Assembly: GCF_018350175.1 (NCBI RefSeq)
Contig: NC_058368.1
Span: forward strand, 224,566,001-224,630,000
Length of the DNA stretch: 64,000 nt
Reading direction: 5' to 3'
Source: Felis catus
Taxonomy: Eukaryota
Under the pieces are notes generated by a model. That model did no database searches. It had not been told where the DNA came from and saw only the letters and a list, made by a program, of their open reading frames with translations. Positions 11,594 through 24,775 of the stretch are shown piece by piece (the stretch's first letter is position 1; each line of letters starts with the position of its first letter). The position numbers were made by a program, and so were the translations under genes.

Positions 11594-12249
11594 GAGAGAA
11601 GCTGAAAATATGCTGCCGCCAATGCATTCTGTCACATCTTCAACATTCACCTTATCTCACAGGATATTAATGCACTTTGGTCTTATCCTCAGTGAACTTG
11701 TGGTGTTTTCTAGTGATCATTCCCTCTCTTTGTGTGTTCCAATACTACAAAAAAAATTGTTGATTAATCTGTTTAGAAATTGTGCCTGAGAATGACTGTC
11801 ATTTTTGCAGCTTGCTAACATCTCTTTCGAACTGCACAGATCAAATATGACCGATACCGTTTAAGTAATCACAGCGCCATACTGTAGGAGAGAGCACTGG
11901 ATGGGACGATGGGCTCTAAGGGGCAAGTCTGGAATCCAAATCCGGAAAGTAAATGCAAAGATGTTATGTCGATCACCTGACTACCTAATTACCAACAATA
12001 TCCTGGAGTTAGCCCAAGGAATGCATTACAGACTGTTTCATGAATTCTTGAAGGCACCTGGCTTGTGTGCAACTAGAGACTTGCAGACACTCTATTATCT
12101 TGACATTGTCAGGAAGACAGGCCAAGGACACATCACGGACTCTACATTTATATAAATGAGATCACCGGCATATCTCAACACTTGAGATCTCCAACCATTA
12201 TATAACTTCTTTGTGCACCGAGAGCACTTCTAAAAATTTTGAAAGCTGA

Positions 12250-12582
12250 AACACAGAGGATTTTTATGGCAGTGCAACTACTCTGTCTGATATCATAAAG
12301 GTAGATTCATGCTATTATATGTTTGTCAAAACCCTTAGAATGTACAACACCAGGAGTGAACCCTAATATACACCATAGACTTTGGGTGAAAATGACATGT
12401 CAGTGTAGGTTCATGGATTGTTACAAATGTACCACTCTGGGGGGGGGGGGTATGTTGATAATGGGAATGATGATACTCATGTGTCGGGACAGGGGGTGTA
12501 TGGGAAATCCCTATACTTTCTGTTCAATTTTGCTGTGAACCAAAAACTGCTCTAAAAAAATAAAGTTTAGTTTAAAAAAAAA
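12250..12582 (+). mobile_element. L1MC-type 3' end
   Basis: agaatgtacaacaccaggagtgaaccctaat...gactttgggtg...caattttgctgtgaacc...ctaaaaaaataaagt. Confidence 0.85.
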
Positions 12583-12794
12583 TTCTGTCATTTATAAAAT
12601 GCATGTCTTTCTTGTGCATAGTGTGAACCTAGGAACAGGCACAATGTTTTATTCATTTCTTTGACCACACCTATCATGTCTGCATCGGGCATCACTTAGG
12701 TTCTTAGTAATTGTTGTTTGAATGATAACCCCTCCAGGCCAGTTTTATGACTTATAATCTAATTATTGTTTATAATACTCATAGTCAAAACACT

Positions 12795-13360
12795 ATTATG
12801 CTTAGGCAGGCTGTGGCTACACGAGATATTGTATTAATCTGATTGATTCTTGGTCCTCCAATTGTTTCATTAGGAATTCCAAGATGTTTTTTACACTAAT
12901 TTATCACGAGACATTATGTCTATATACTCCCATAAAAGCAGTCCAGAGATAGGCAGCTTAAGAAAGATAGATTAAATACATTGTATTCATCAGAGACTCT
13001 GGAACCTGAGTTTCTGTTCACAGTCGGTATTTGACCTTTATTCTCAAGGTCAACTCATATTTCAAAATGGTGTGATTCCTGCCATGACGTTCATTTTTCA
13101 GGCCAAAAGAAGAAATTTCAGAAACCTCTTCCTAAAGAAATGAGTTCATTTAATTGCATTTCCAGAAGCCTCATAAAAATCATCTGCTTAGATTTCATTG
13201 ACGAGGATTCGGTGACACGGCCACATTGAGTGGCAAGGAAGAGGAAAAGTGTAATCTTTTATTGTGAATGGCAATATGACTCCAAAAATCAGAGTTGTGC
13301 TACTAGGGAAGAAAATGAGACTTCATGTTGGGTTAACCACAGTAGATTGTACCTCACCAA
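12795..13360 (-). mobile_element. ERVL-MaLR LTR (MLT1J-like)
   Basis: tttcattgacgaggattcggtgacacggccac...aaaaatcagagttgtgctactagggaagaa resembles antisense MLT1. Confidence 0.65.
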
Positions 13361-14454
13361 ACATGTCTGAGAAACTCCCATGGCTGCCTCCCCTACCTCA
13401 ACAAGCCACTCCACAAACATCCATACTTGCTTCTCCTCTTCTGGATTCCTCCTTGAAGTCTGGATGTTCTGGAAGCCCATCCCTGGCATCATGACGCCCC
13501 ACAGTGTGCCTTCAGAGTATGGACTTCAATGCCAACCACCAAAGGTGCTCTCTCTAGATATTCCTCAAAGCCACTCAATCTCAAGTTTCCACAACAACTC
13601 TTAACTCTAAATTGTATTGGCACAAGTAATCTCTGCCCTAACTTAATGCAGCTGTTTGTAATCTTGACATAAAGCCACACTTTCTACGCCCAACGTCTTG
13701 GAAATTTCTTGTGAAACTCTCGGACCATGACTCCTTTTTTCTCTGCAAAGACTTCACAAGAGCTCAAGAACTGCCTGCTGTACTGAGTTCAGGCCCCTTT
13801 TCTACCCTCTTCTTCAGGCCTCCTTTGACCAAAGCAGAGCACATCTCAAGCGTGTCAAATCTTGGAGACGGCCGTGGGTCTGACCCCACCAGGATATCTG
13901 GTGGGATATCCTACTGTGAACTTTTCCTGGTTATTTTCTCTGGAGTATAAACAAGCAGGTGATTCCTTCCAAGCTGAGTCTATTTTTGTTGTCGGCAATG
14001 TTTTACAAAATATCTCTTCAGGTCGTAAAAGGAAACTCTATAAGTAAATATATTCTACTATTATTAAAAGTACAAACATCACATTTTGAGGAAATTGTCA
14101 TATGATTGGATTTGATTTTAGAGGCATACAGAAACAAAGAGAGTGAATGCATTCTGTTTATAAACACAGATGATTAGAGAAGTGAAAATAAACGTGAGAA
14201 TTTGAAAATATGTTCGTTTTTATATGTTTGAATGTATTTATCAAATTTAATCCCATAAAGCATTTCTTAGACCTATTGATGGGTCATGTATGCATAACAA
14301 GGGTAGAATAACCTGTTTATTAATTATTTTGGAGAAATAAACCAAATGACTTGCTTTCTTATAGCCACATTTCCAACACTAAACTTATAACAGCAAAAGA
14401 ATTCTGAAAAGGAATACAGTTGGCAAGACAAATATATCAGAAGCAAGATTGCAT

Positions 14455-14685
14455 TTATACTGAGGGGAAGGCTCTCTGAAGCCAGACTGCTCAGTTCAAA
14501 TGGTGACTCGAATACTCATGTGCTCTGTGATTCTGAAAAGGGCAATTAATTTCTCTGTGCCTCACTTCCGGAATCTAGGAAGCAGCAATACTAATAATAT
14601 ACAACTTTTTAAATTATTATACATAAATACCTTAAAACAGCATCTGGTATATATTTTGTTACGTAAGTGTGAGCTAATATTATGA
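14455..14685 (+). mobile_element. MIR
   Basis: gaagccagactgctcagttcaaat...gggcaattaatttctctgtgcctcacttcc core. Confidence 0.7.
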
Positions 14686-14755
14686 ACTTGGAAAAGATTT
14701 CAGAACACAATAAAAATGATTGCAAATTAGCCCTTAGCAGAACAACTGAGGCAAA

Positions 14756-14969
14756 TTTTTAAAGTTTATTTTTTTTTTTTTTGAGAGCGATAGCGTGAGT
14801 ATAAGCAGGGGTGGGTCAGAGAAAGAGAGGATGAGAAAGAATCCCAAGCATGCTCCACGTCGTCATCATGGAGCCCTAGGTGTGGGCTCGATTTCACGAA
14901 CCACTTGATCATGACCTGAACCGAAACCAAGAGTTGAATGCTTCATGGACTAAACCACCTAGGCGCCCC
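14756..14969 (-). mobile_element. Can-SINE
   Basis: gaatcccaagca...gatcatgacctgaaccgaaaccaagagt...ccacctaggcgcccc. Confidence 0.93.
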
Positions 14970-16064
14970 AAGCCAACTTTTTGATTGCATAGAATGTATC
15001 AAATATGTCCCAGTTGGTATCTGCTTTCCCCAAAAGAGAAAATATTAATAAGTCCCTCCGCCATCAAATAAAAGCCTATGAAAACATGAAGAAACTAACA
15101 AGCATCCATATCAAGTGTTTTCTCTGTGCCCAGTAATTAGGGCCACCATATGGCATAACTATATGAGTCACAAAAATGTATTCCTACATGAATTGAGTGC
15201 CAGGGCGTGCCATTAATACAGACTGCAGGGTAACGGGTATCCCTTGGAGTTGTGCAACACAGGAGTTATGGGTATTATGCCAGAAACATATATTATATTA
15301 CAAGTTTACTAGTGAGAAAACATTCTCACTGAGGCTAAGTTAAATTGTTCAATTTGCTATCGTTACTGAGAAGGACCGTCTCTTCAACATCGGCCTTAAT
15401 AAGTCTCTGCTCAACCGATGGTGCCCTAATGATGTGCCAGGATGTAATAGCATATTAAATACCAGCACTTATAATTGCTGTTTTTATATTCAGAGTTCAT
15501 GGCCAGGCCAGATTAGGTCTCATGAACTTCCGGGAGTGTCCAAGAGAGGAAAATAGGTCAACCATCCTTGTTGGTAAGGAAAAGTTCATTCAGGAGCAAG
15601 GGAGACCTACTGAAAGAGGAAAAAAAAAAGTAATTAACTGTGAGTAATCCCAGAACCAAAGCTACTTATCTCAGGTCCTGGGCATCAGAAACACTGCAGG
15701 ATCTCAGGGGAAGAATGATTCCTTGCGTCTGAATGAGGTGAGGAAATGGAGAGGCAGCCTAAGACTCCGGGTCCTTTCCTCCTACTGTCATTCTTATGTC
15801 TATACCCTTTGTGAGTGTCCCTTTATTCTCTCAAAGTCTGAATCCTTTCGCTTCTGATGCCCCCGATTGCCACTGTGTTTAATGAGCAAATCACACGGCT
15901 ACTGAGTAGGAAGGCCCTAATAAATCATACTTTGTGCTAAATTCTCGGTGGAGAGAGGAGAACAGAATCATTTTATCTTAATGTCGGTTTGCGTCAAACT
16001 GTGTAAAGAATGGTTAAGGAAATAGGTACAAATGTATGAATTTTCCGTCTTTTGTGTAAGTCAC

Positions 16065-16455
16065 GGCAGGCTACATTATAAGAAGAGAATACTCCCCCAC
16101 GTCTTAGTGGCTTTACCTCACAGAGTTTTGTTTTGGGCTGACTCTTTCATTCAGGCGATACCCCCATGGCCTTGGATTTCCCTGCCTCCACGCAAGGATC
16201 CAAGCAAACACATTGAAACTGTAGCGGGTGGAAGACGTGACACCCTCCATCAATACAGCAGAGGAAACAGTAGCAGCACAGACCTCACGTTGAGCTTCAG
16301 TGTTTCAGACCTGAAATGTGGCAAGCCGCCTGTCTAGAACCCATTGGTCATGTCTTGCCTAATCCTAAGGTACTGGGGACAGTAACCTCACTTGCTGCGT
16401 TCTCAGAGCAAGAAACAGCAAGATACAAGTGAACGCCGCTGGTAACTAGCCACAC
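16065..16455 (-). mobile_element. ERVL/MaLR-type LTR relic (LTR33/MLT1-like)
   Basis: tcttagtggcttt...ccattggtcatgtc...ending actagccaca. Confidence 0.5.
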
Positions 16456-16485
16456 CTTGTCATGATCAGGGACTGATCAGACATG

Positions 16486-16716
16486 TTTTTTAATGTTTGT
16501 TAATCTTAAGAGAGAGAGAGAGAGGAAAAGCATGCACACACATGAGTGGGAGGGGGCACAGAGAGAGAGAGAGAGAGGGAGAGAGAGAATCCCAAGCAGG
16601 ATCCACACTGTCAGTGCAGAGCCCGACCTGGGGCTCGAACCCACAAACTGAGAGATCATAACCTGAACCGAAATCAAGAGTCGAACGCCCAACCAGCTGA
16701 GTCACCCAGGCATCCC
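16486..16716 (-). mobile_element. Can-SINE
   Basis: agaatcccaagcaggatccacactgtcagtgcagagccc...gagtcacccaggcatccc. Confidence 0.94.
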
Positions 16717-16849
16717 TGAGGTTGAACTTGAAGAGCACAAATTAGAAAAAGCCTGCTTTCAGAACAATTTCATCCTATAATGAAAAATTATTGTACTTCT
16801 TCTAAGGAAGGACAAAAGCCTGAACATAGTTCAGTAAACTCATCTGTGT

Positions 16850-17058
16850 TTTGTCTGTTTGTTAATATTTATTTATTTTTGAGAGAGAGCATGTGTGTCA
16901 GTAGGGGAGGGGCAGAGAGACAGAGAGAGAGAGAATCCCACGCAGGTTCATTCTGTCAACACAGAGCCCAGTGTGGGTCTTGATCTCACCAACCGTGAGA
17001 TTATGACTTCAGCCGAAATCAAGAGTTCGAGGCTTTGACCGAGCCGCCCCAGAGCCCC
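16850..17058 (-). mobile_element. Can-SINE
   Basis: Typical body, head gagccgccccagagcccc. Confidence 0.92.
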
Positions 17059-17073
17059 TTTTTGTTTGTTTTT

Positions 17074-17294
17074 CTTTTTTAATTTTTTTTTCAACGTTTA
17101 TTTATTTTTGGGACAGAGAGAGACAGAGCATGAATGGGGGAGGGGCAGAGAGAGAGGGAGACACAGAATCGGAAACAGGCTCCAGGCTCTGAGCCATCAG
17201 CCCAGAGCCTGACGCGGGGCTCGAACTCACGGACCGCGAGATCGTGACCTGGCTGAAGTCGGACGCCTAACCTACTGCGCCACCCAGGCGCCCC
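17074..17294 (-). mobile_element. Young SINEC_Fc
   Basis: CpG-rich near-consensus copy (cacggaccgcgagatcgtgacctggctgaagtcggacgc); TSD ccctttttgtttgtttt. Confidence 0.97.
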
Positions 17295-17448
17295 CCTTTT
17301 TGTTTGTTTTAATTCAAGTACGTTATATCTTTTTACCTATTGGTAAGTTACACTGGAACACTTTTTAATATGTTCCTAATGCTTAATATGTTCCGAATTT
17401 TAAGTATGCTGTTATCTATTTTTCAGTATTAATATTTGCATCATGAGC

Positions 17449-17524
17449 ATATATATATATGTGTATATATGTGTGTGTGTGTATATATATATACATATAT
17501 ATATATGTATATATATATACATAT
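17449..17524. repeat. Compound (TA)n/(TG)n microsatellite
   Basis: Direct reading. Confidence 0.95.
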
Positions 17525-18132
17525 CTGTAATCAGATCTCTATTTAGCGATTTCTTTCTCCTCTGTTTTATTGGCTGTCCACCAACTGTACCGATGCTTAC
17601 CAAATAAAGCATAATCATCATGCTTAACCAAATAAAGCATGATACTGTTGACTGCAATTAACTGTTACGCCGTGTTTTTAAAATATATATATTGTTGGGT
17701 TTAGAAGCATATTTGACGGAATTAAAAGCAGAAGCTTCTAGAAACGTTTTGAGCAATGTGACAAAACCAGCCCATTATTCTTATGCTTCCTCTTGGAAGA
17801 ACTGGGAGGCAATAAAGACGGAACTAACGTTGAAGCTGAATCTCCCACGAGGTGCCCCTTCGTTGTAGGAGAAAGATGCGAAACCCCAACCAGGGGCTGA
17901 ACCATGGTGTGACTGAACAGCCATCCTGATGGAGAGCAGGGTATGGGCAGCCAGAATCTAGGTGAACAAAGTCACGATCTGTAGCGGCGTTGGGCGTTTC
18001 AGAGGAGCCGAGTCTGGGCTCAAAGTTGCCGTCTGCTCCATGTGCCGTCTCAGGGATGAAGTGACGAAGAGGCGCTCTGCTAACTACGGTGTGTAATATC
18101 TGGCTTGTAATATGAAACAAAAATGAAAACGG

Positions 18133-18432
18133 CGAAACTACGGAGACAGCAAAAAGATCATCAGTCGCTGGGAGTGAGGATGAAGAAATGGATGAATCGG
18201 TAGAGCACAGAGATTTGGGGCCAGGGAAATATTCTGTATGATCTCATAATGGTGGATACGTGTTATTATACATCTGCCCAAACCCATCGAATGTACAGCA
18301 CCAGGAGTGAACCTGATGTAAATTATGGACCCTGGGTGACAATGATGTGTTAATGTAGATCCATCCGTTATCGCAAATGTCCCACTCTTCCAGAGGACAT
18401 GGACATTGGGGAGGGTGTTCATGGTGGGGTTG
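18133..18432 (+). mobile_element. L1MC-type 3' UTR fragment
   Basis: cccatcgaatgtacagcaccaggagtgaacctgatgtaaattatggac; same family as 12250-12582. Confidence 0.8.
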
Positions 18433-19015
18433 GGCCGGCCTATGCAAAGCCTAATCTAGGGAAAAATAGGTTAAACTCTTTCTTAATTGTAGGCTCTATA
18501 GTCAATTAGGAAATTTAGCCAAATATTTTAATTACTTTATAACCTAGAGCATGTAATAACGACAGCCACCACATATCTCTACATCCAGACATCATTTCTC
18601 TTTACCTTATACATCCATTCTAAGAATGTGAAATTGTTTAACTTATTAATATACTTGATTTTATTTTACACAGGCACACGATAAAACATACCTCATAAAA
18701 TATATTTGTGTGAAGACAGTACTTAAAAGTATAAAGACAGCATTGAAAAGTGTTTTCTTCTTTTTCTAAGCAGATGTTAATATCGATTTGCATAGAATTT
18801 AATATCAAATGAAGGAAGGGAATCTTCAGGTAAATTATATAAAACGTTCAAATGCCAAAAAATAACGAGCATGACTTATTTACTGAGAGATAGTTAAGAG
18901 GATATTGTTTATAAGAGTAAATATCTTCCATGATGCTGGAAGATATAATATGTAATGTTTTGGGAGTCATTCTGAAAACACTGTCCAGGAACAGAATTTT
19001 TTTAAAATGATCGAG

Positions 19016-19034
19016 TGGCCACAAGATGGCAGCA
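19016..19034 (+). promoter_or_regulatory. CTCF-like motif
   Basis: tggccacaagatggcagca versus consensus CCASYAGRKGGCRS (one mismatch). Confidence 0.5.
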
Positions 19035-20839
19035 TTACATAAAAAAAATACAACTTGAAAAAATACACAAACTTTGTTGTGTCAGTAATGCTAGTGTACC
19101 ACATGCCTTCATTTTATGTGACCAAAAGAAAAAAAAAAGAGCAAAAGAGATCAATTCTCCAGTACATACTTGATGGGAACAGATCAGGAGGGCGTAGACC
19201 ATTGCACATGGCACATTTTGAAGTAAAAATACCGTATTTTTTAACTACAAATTCAGGAACATAGCCCCAGACAAAGGAACTTTTGCAAAGAGGCCGAAAG
19301 AGTTTCCCTTCCTTAAATAAATGAGACATGTCAAAATGAAAGTACAGTAGATTACACGTACTGACAGTATTCACATGCACCCACACATACAAACATAACA
19401 GACAAGGAAATATACATGAAATCTGAGCATTTCTGCATTGCCATACTCAAAGGATAGCACTATTTATTGAAGCACTCAGCTACTTTGAGATTTACACACG
19501 TATTTACTGGAATCCAGTAAATAATGTATATAATTTATATAATTATAAACTATTATATGACAAAATGTTAGAATAATATCAGTGCTGCATGAGTTCTGAA
19601 TAGCTTTATAAATATAAAGTATATTACATTAAATATTTTAATCCCAAATTTTAGAAGAAAAATAATTTTTATTATGAAAATATCCTAATATAGTTTATCT
19701 ATGAAGATAGAAACAATTTACTATGCAAAGAAATACTTGAAAATTTTTAAATGTCACTGATTCTAATTTGATTAAGTGTGAAATTGTGCATGCTTCTTCC
19801 TCTTCATAGTTCAGCAGTACAAGTCCAAACATCAGCCCATTTGAGCACTAGAGCTCATATATTCTTATAGCTGAGGATTAATCTGAGACACTTTGACTTC
19901 AATCCTTATGGTTCAGAGTCTCCTTAAACCCTCAAGTCTATTTTCCTAATTTTGTAATTAGGCTCTTGAATAGAAAAGAAAAAAAATAATTTGGGCTATA
20001 TGATTAACATTTTGCGTGCGTTGAAATTAGTCAATGGTTACTAGATAGAACTATCCGCAATGTCTGAATTTGATTTTAATATGCAGACCCTAGACTGCAA
20101 ATTTAAAACTTTAAATAAAACATGTATAATATCGCATTATAATAAGTCATTGATTTCTATTTTCCTTTTTTAAGAAACACTTTAAAATGTGCCGAATACT
20201 GTCTTATAATGAGTTCACAATGTGGTCTTATAATAAATATCCAACTTGGTATCTCTTTGTCCAACGTTTTATATACAAGAAGAACTTTTAGGATGGTCAA
20301 GCTAATTGATTTTGTGTTCTGTTATGTTTCCATATTCGAATGTGTCTTATTATATATCTAGTATATATCTTCGTTATCATATTGTCATAGCATAACGTAT
20401 CTTTCTGCCCTTTATCTCCCTCCCACTTTGTTGGTTTTTTCACTCTTTCATTGACCACTCGGAAGACTTTAACGCCAAGGGTGTCATTTTTTAAATTATA
20501 ATAATCAGTGGGGACAGGGATCTTTCTAATAAAGTGTGAACACTATAACTTGTTCATTAGGCAAATGTTCCACTAGGATTTATGCTCCATGTTTCCATGT
20601 TAGTGCTGATAGAAAGCGGCAAGCAAGATAGGCCTCTTCCTAACTTTTGATTAGCAGGAATTGAGATCCAGATGCATACATTACTGAATACCTTTTGTGA
20701 TAGGACAGGGGACTCTGGGGTCACCTAGGCCCACCCCACCAAACTAACAACAACAATAATAATAATAATAAGGCTGGGGGTTGGGAAATCCTCTGATTTA
20801 TGCAATCTAAAACCTCAAAAGAATAGTGGACGTTAGCTA

Positions 20840-21620
20840 GGTGAAGTGGGGAGGAAGGAGGAAAGAGAAGAAAGGGAGAATATTCTGTGAAAACCCCAGC
20901 AATAGGGAGCAGTGTAAACAGCTGTCCGGCTGAGTGAGTTTGTAGTACTTGGGGCCCATTGCAGAAGGAGGAAAGCAGAGAGGGGAACTAGGAGGGGTAA
21001 GAAATGGGCCTAATGAGGGCGGTGCCGTGAAAGGCCTCAAAAGCCATGTTAGGAATGATTTGTTGGCTTCTAAGGGTGCCAGCCACCATCAGTGAAACGT
21101 TCCAGTTGAGCAGGGAGGTGGGTATCTGCCAAAGCAGAAGGTTCCTCCTTCTAAATATCTCCCCTGTCTCTTCCGAGCGCCCCTCCATTCTTCCCCCAGA
21201 AGAATGTTTCTAGTGCACAGCCCGGCAAGTTAATTCCTAGCTTCGAAGATGCCTCACTGTCTTCCAGAAAACTGGCACAACCCCGTCATCCTGCCGTGGC
21301 TTACTTTTTCAGACATATCATCTGTCGGCTCTCCTTCCCCTCCTTCCCCTCGGACGCGTCCTGTCTTCCAGCTGCTTCATCAGTGGTTGCCCGCATGCCC
21401 CCTCACCCCCTCGGCCGCCCCTGCCTTTGGGCGTAGACCGGCTCCCTCAGCCTGAAATTCTTCCCCTCCACTTCTTCGGCTTTCTGACCCTAGGACGATT
21501 CCCTCTGCTGAACACTAATCACTCCTGACAGTTCCTGCCTTCCTACTTTGCAAAAACCCAGCTTCAGGCTGACCAGCATGGTAATCATTTCTCCTCTTAT
21601 CTGCTGTCACCCTCAGAACA
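20840..21620. mobile_element. Degraded L2 fragments (approx. 20840-21060 minus, 21230-21620 plus)
   Basis: gaaaggcctcaaaagccatgttaggaa and cctgcctttg...ccctcagcctgaaattcttccc resemble L2. Confidence 0.4.
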
Positions 21621-22484
21621 ACTCTGTACTCGTAGAGGAGATGGGTGTGTTTGGTATTTAGTAACCGTCTTTAGCAAGGGGGACTGATGAAAGGATTGGA
21701 TGACAGAAGGCTTACACAGAGGCACCAGTGGCCTCGGTTGCTTGCAACGTGGGCTGTGTTAACCCTCATGAGGGGCATCGGGTGGGACGTTAACATCCTC
21801 TGTCTGCCAGCCCAGAGTTTCATCTAGGCACTTTGGGGTACGTGCGCATCTCTGTAATTAGCGAACCATTTTGTTGCATCTGGTTGTTTATATTTCAAGA
21901 AAATATAAAAGGGAAAAGGAGACAAGATAGTATGTACATAGCTAATTTATGCTTTTCTTTGCAATCGGGTGTCTCAGATATGCCTGCAGTCCAATTGCCT
22001 ATGGACACGGCAGAAAGCTCAGTCACCAAGAACACAAGGAAAAGAAAGCGATCTTTGCAAAGTGCTGATCGAGGCAAAACAAAACTTTCTGGTAACATCT
22101 CAAGGCTGTGTTTTTCCTTCCAAGCCTTGTTACCATGCAGTGTTCATCTGTTTCGCGCCGGCTGGGAAGATGGGGTGCAGGGCAACTTTCGCATAAGCCC
22201 TTAAATTTTCAAACTTTTACCTGCATGAATGAAGCAGGGCACACCTACCAAATTTCCGACCTGAAAGGGATTTGTGCAACAACTTAAATCTGGGCTGTTT
22301 AGTGCCAACAGCCCACGTTGAAGAAAGTCACATGAAATGTCACTGAGATTTACCAAAGTCAAACAATGGAAGAGACCGTGAAAGAGACGCTTGGAAACCT
22401 GTGTCCAGACCATGATGCGATGACCAAAGGGCTCTAGGCTGACAAAGTGGCATCTCCCGCCTATGTGGACTTTGGAGAAATGCA

Positions 22485-22771
22485 TTTCTTTTCTTTGCTT
22501 TTTTTTCCTTCTTTTCTTTTCTTTTCTTTTCTTTTCTTTTCTTTTCTTTTCTTTTTCTTTTTCTTTTTCTTTTCTTTTCTTTCCTTTCCTTTTCTTTTTT
22601 CCTTCTTTTCTTTTTCTTTTCTTTTTTCCCTTTTCTTTTCTTTTCTTTTTTCCCCTTCTTTTCTTTTCTTTTTTTTCTTTCCTTTTCTTTCTTTTCACTT
22701 TTCTTCCTCTTCCCCTCCCCTCCCTCTCCCCTCCCCTCCCCTCCCTTCCCCTCTCCTCTATCTCCTTCCTT
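22485..22771. repeat. 287-nt polypyrimidine tract: (CTTTT)n grading into (CCCCT)n
   Basis: Only three purines on the + strand (22497, 22697, 22760). Confidence 0.97.
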
Positions 22772-23778
22772 GTTATGACATACAGTGTGCTGTACAGGCA
22801 CATTGCTTTTTGTGGGGAGAAGTATCTGCTATCGGGAACAGTCGCTCCGAGGCCCAGAGCTGGGGGCACAGAGATCACAGGAATGATGTGCAGGCCAGCA
22901 GGGACATACCCGGAAGGAAGAATGACAAGGAGGTCAGAAGCATGCAGGGTGCAGCTCAAACGGGACCAGTGATTTACTCCGCATGGTGGTGCTTAATTCA
23001 GAACCATTCAGACTGGCAGAGATTTAAGAAAAAATTAAAACGGGGCCTTGCCAAGCAGCGGAAGACGATCTTTCATGATCATGTTAAGTGTTTGAGCTCT
23101 GAAGAGATTGCCTGTTTTTGGCCAAAGGGTAGGAGCACTGCTCTGTAAGGAGGGGGTGCATTCCGACCTGCCGGAAGGGGCAGGTGTCCTCCCAGAAGAG
23201 GGGCTCTCAAACCTTTTGCCAAGAGGCAAATCTCGGGAATGGAAGTGGAGAGCGAATGCTCGGATAGAAGCATCTTAAGCCGAGGCGGGATGGAGGGAGG
23301 GAGAGATTTTGTGCTTTCTTCTTAGGCCTTTCTCTCTTGCACCTGGACTCAGGACTCCGGGACTGTGAGATTCTGCCCGTGGGCAGATTGAAAGGGTCTT
23401 CTGTCACAAACTGTGGCCTTATAAGTGGGTAAGGCGACGTGAGAAGCCAGGGCATAGCTGAGGGCCCTGCAAAGCAGATGTGAACGAAAGGCAGACCTGA
23501 GTTTCTCTATGTTATATTTCTTACTCTAAACCATGGACCAAGTGCTGTAAACAATATAGCTGATTTCCATGCTGTAGGGAAGAGGAGGAGGGATAGAAGG
23601 ATTGTTTCTACCTCAGGCTCAAGTGAGACTGCCACTTTCACCTCCGGGCATATCTGTGATCCCATCCCCACGAGGGGAGATGGGGAAAAAAAAAAAAAAA
23701 ACATCAAGGAGACTCCAGAGACAGGGGCTGGCAGAGCTCCACAGCACCATGACTTGACTTAAAATTCCTGAGAGATTT

Positions 23779-24000
23779 GGGGCACTTGGATGGCTCAGTC
23801 AGGTAAGCATCTGACTTCAGCTCAGGTCATGATGTCATAGTTCACGAGTTCAAGCCCCCCACCCCCCAACTTCCGCGCTGTGCTGACAGCTCAGAGCCTG
23901 GAGCCTGCTTCAGATTCTGTGTCTCCCTCTCTCTCTGCCCCTCCCCTGCTTGCACTCTGTCTCTCTCTCTCTCTCAAAAATAAATAAACATTAAAAAAAT
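23779..24000 (+). mobile_element. SINEC_Fc-type SINE
   Basis: ggggcacttggatggctcagtc...gctgacagctcagagcctggagcctgcttcagattctg. Confidence 0.95.
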
Positions 24001-24551
24001 ACCTTTTAAAACATCCGAAAGAGATTTAAAAACCCGCCAACGTCTTCATATCTCCTTTATGATTTTTCTGGAGTTAGTACTAAGGTCTTTTAGTTCAGTC
24101 AATAATTACAGAAAAAAAAGGAGCACATGAAAAAGCATTTCACACCTTTAAGTGAATATCAAAGACACATGTGTGACTTGAAACAAGTGATAACAAAAGG
24201 ACACCCATAGAACTATCGTTCAGTCTGGGGAAGGAATATCTCCACACACTTTCAAGTATCTTGTGGTCCTATCCTGAGCGCACCTGTTCTCTTCCTCCCA
24301 AGGAATATAACGTTCGCTTGTCTCTTTACCTCTCAAATCAGCTCCGACTCAGGAAGAATACATAAATCCTCTATCCTTCACTTTAGACATCAGTAATAAA
24401 TAATAATAATAAAAAGTTTTATTTTACTTTTTTCTCTATTTTTGTCACATGTCAATTGGAATCCCCCCCCCCAAAAAAAAAATCTTAACAGAAATCCAGG
24501 TCAAAGGGACAAAAAGAGAGAGTATCTCCCATCCGTAAAAGAACGCATTCT

Positions 24552-24775
24552 GGGGCGCCTGGGTGGCGCAGTCGGTTAAGCGTCCGACTTCAGCTCAGGT
24601 CACGATCTCGCGGTCCGTGAGTTCGAGCCCCGCGTCGGGCTCTGGGCTGATGGCTCGGAGCCTGGAGCCTGTTTCCGATTCTGTGTCTCCCTCTCTCTCT
24701 GCCCCTCCCCCGTTCATGCTCTGTCTCTCTCTGTCCCAAAAAATAAATAAATGTTGAAAAAAAATTAAAAAAAAA
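24552..24775 (+). mobile_element. Young SINEC_Fc
   Basis: Near-consensus, CpGs intact; TSD aacgcattct at 24542-24551 and 24776-24785. Confidence 0.97.

Noticed and set aside
17824..18120. 98-aa minus ORF in a mildly CpG-rich stretch
   Set aside because: Non-ATG start, no recognisable domain, no splice support
22201..23148. Longest ORFs in the window (153-252 aa, K/R/E-rich or F/S/L-rich)
   Set aside because: They are stop-free only because they cross the (CTTTT)n tract; open on both strands in several frames, so a simple-repeat artefact
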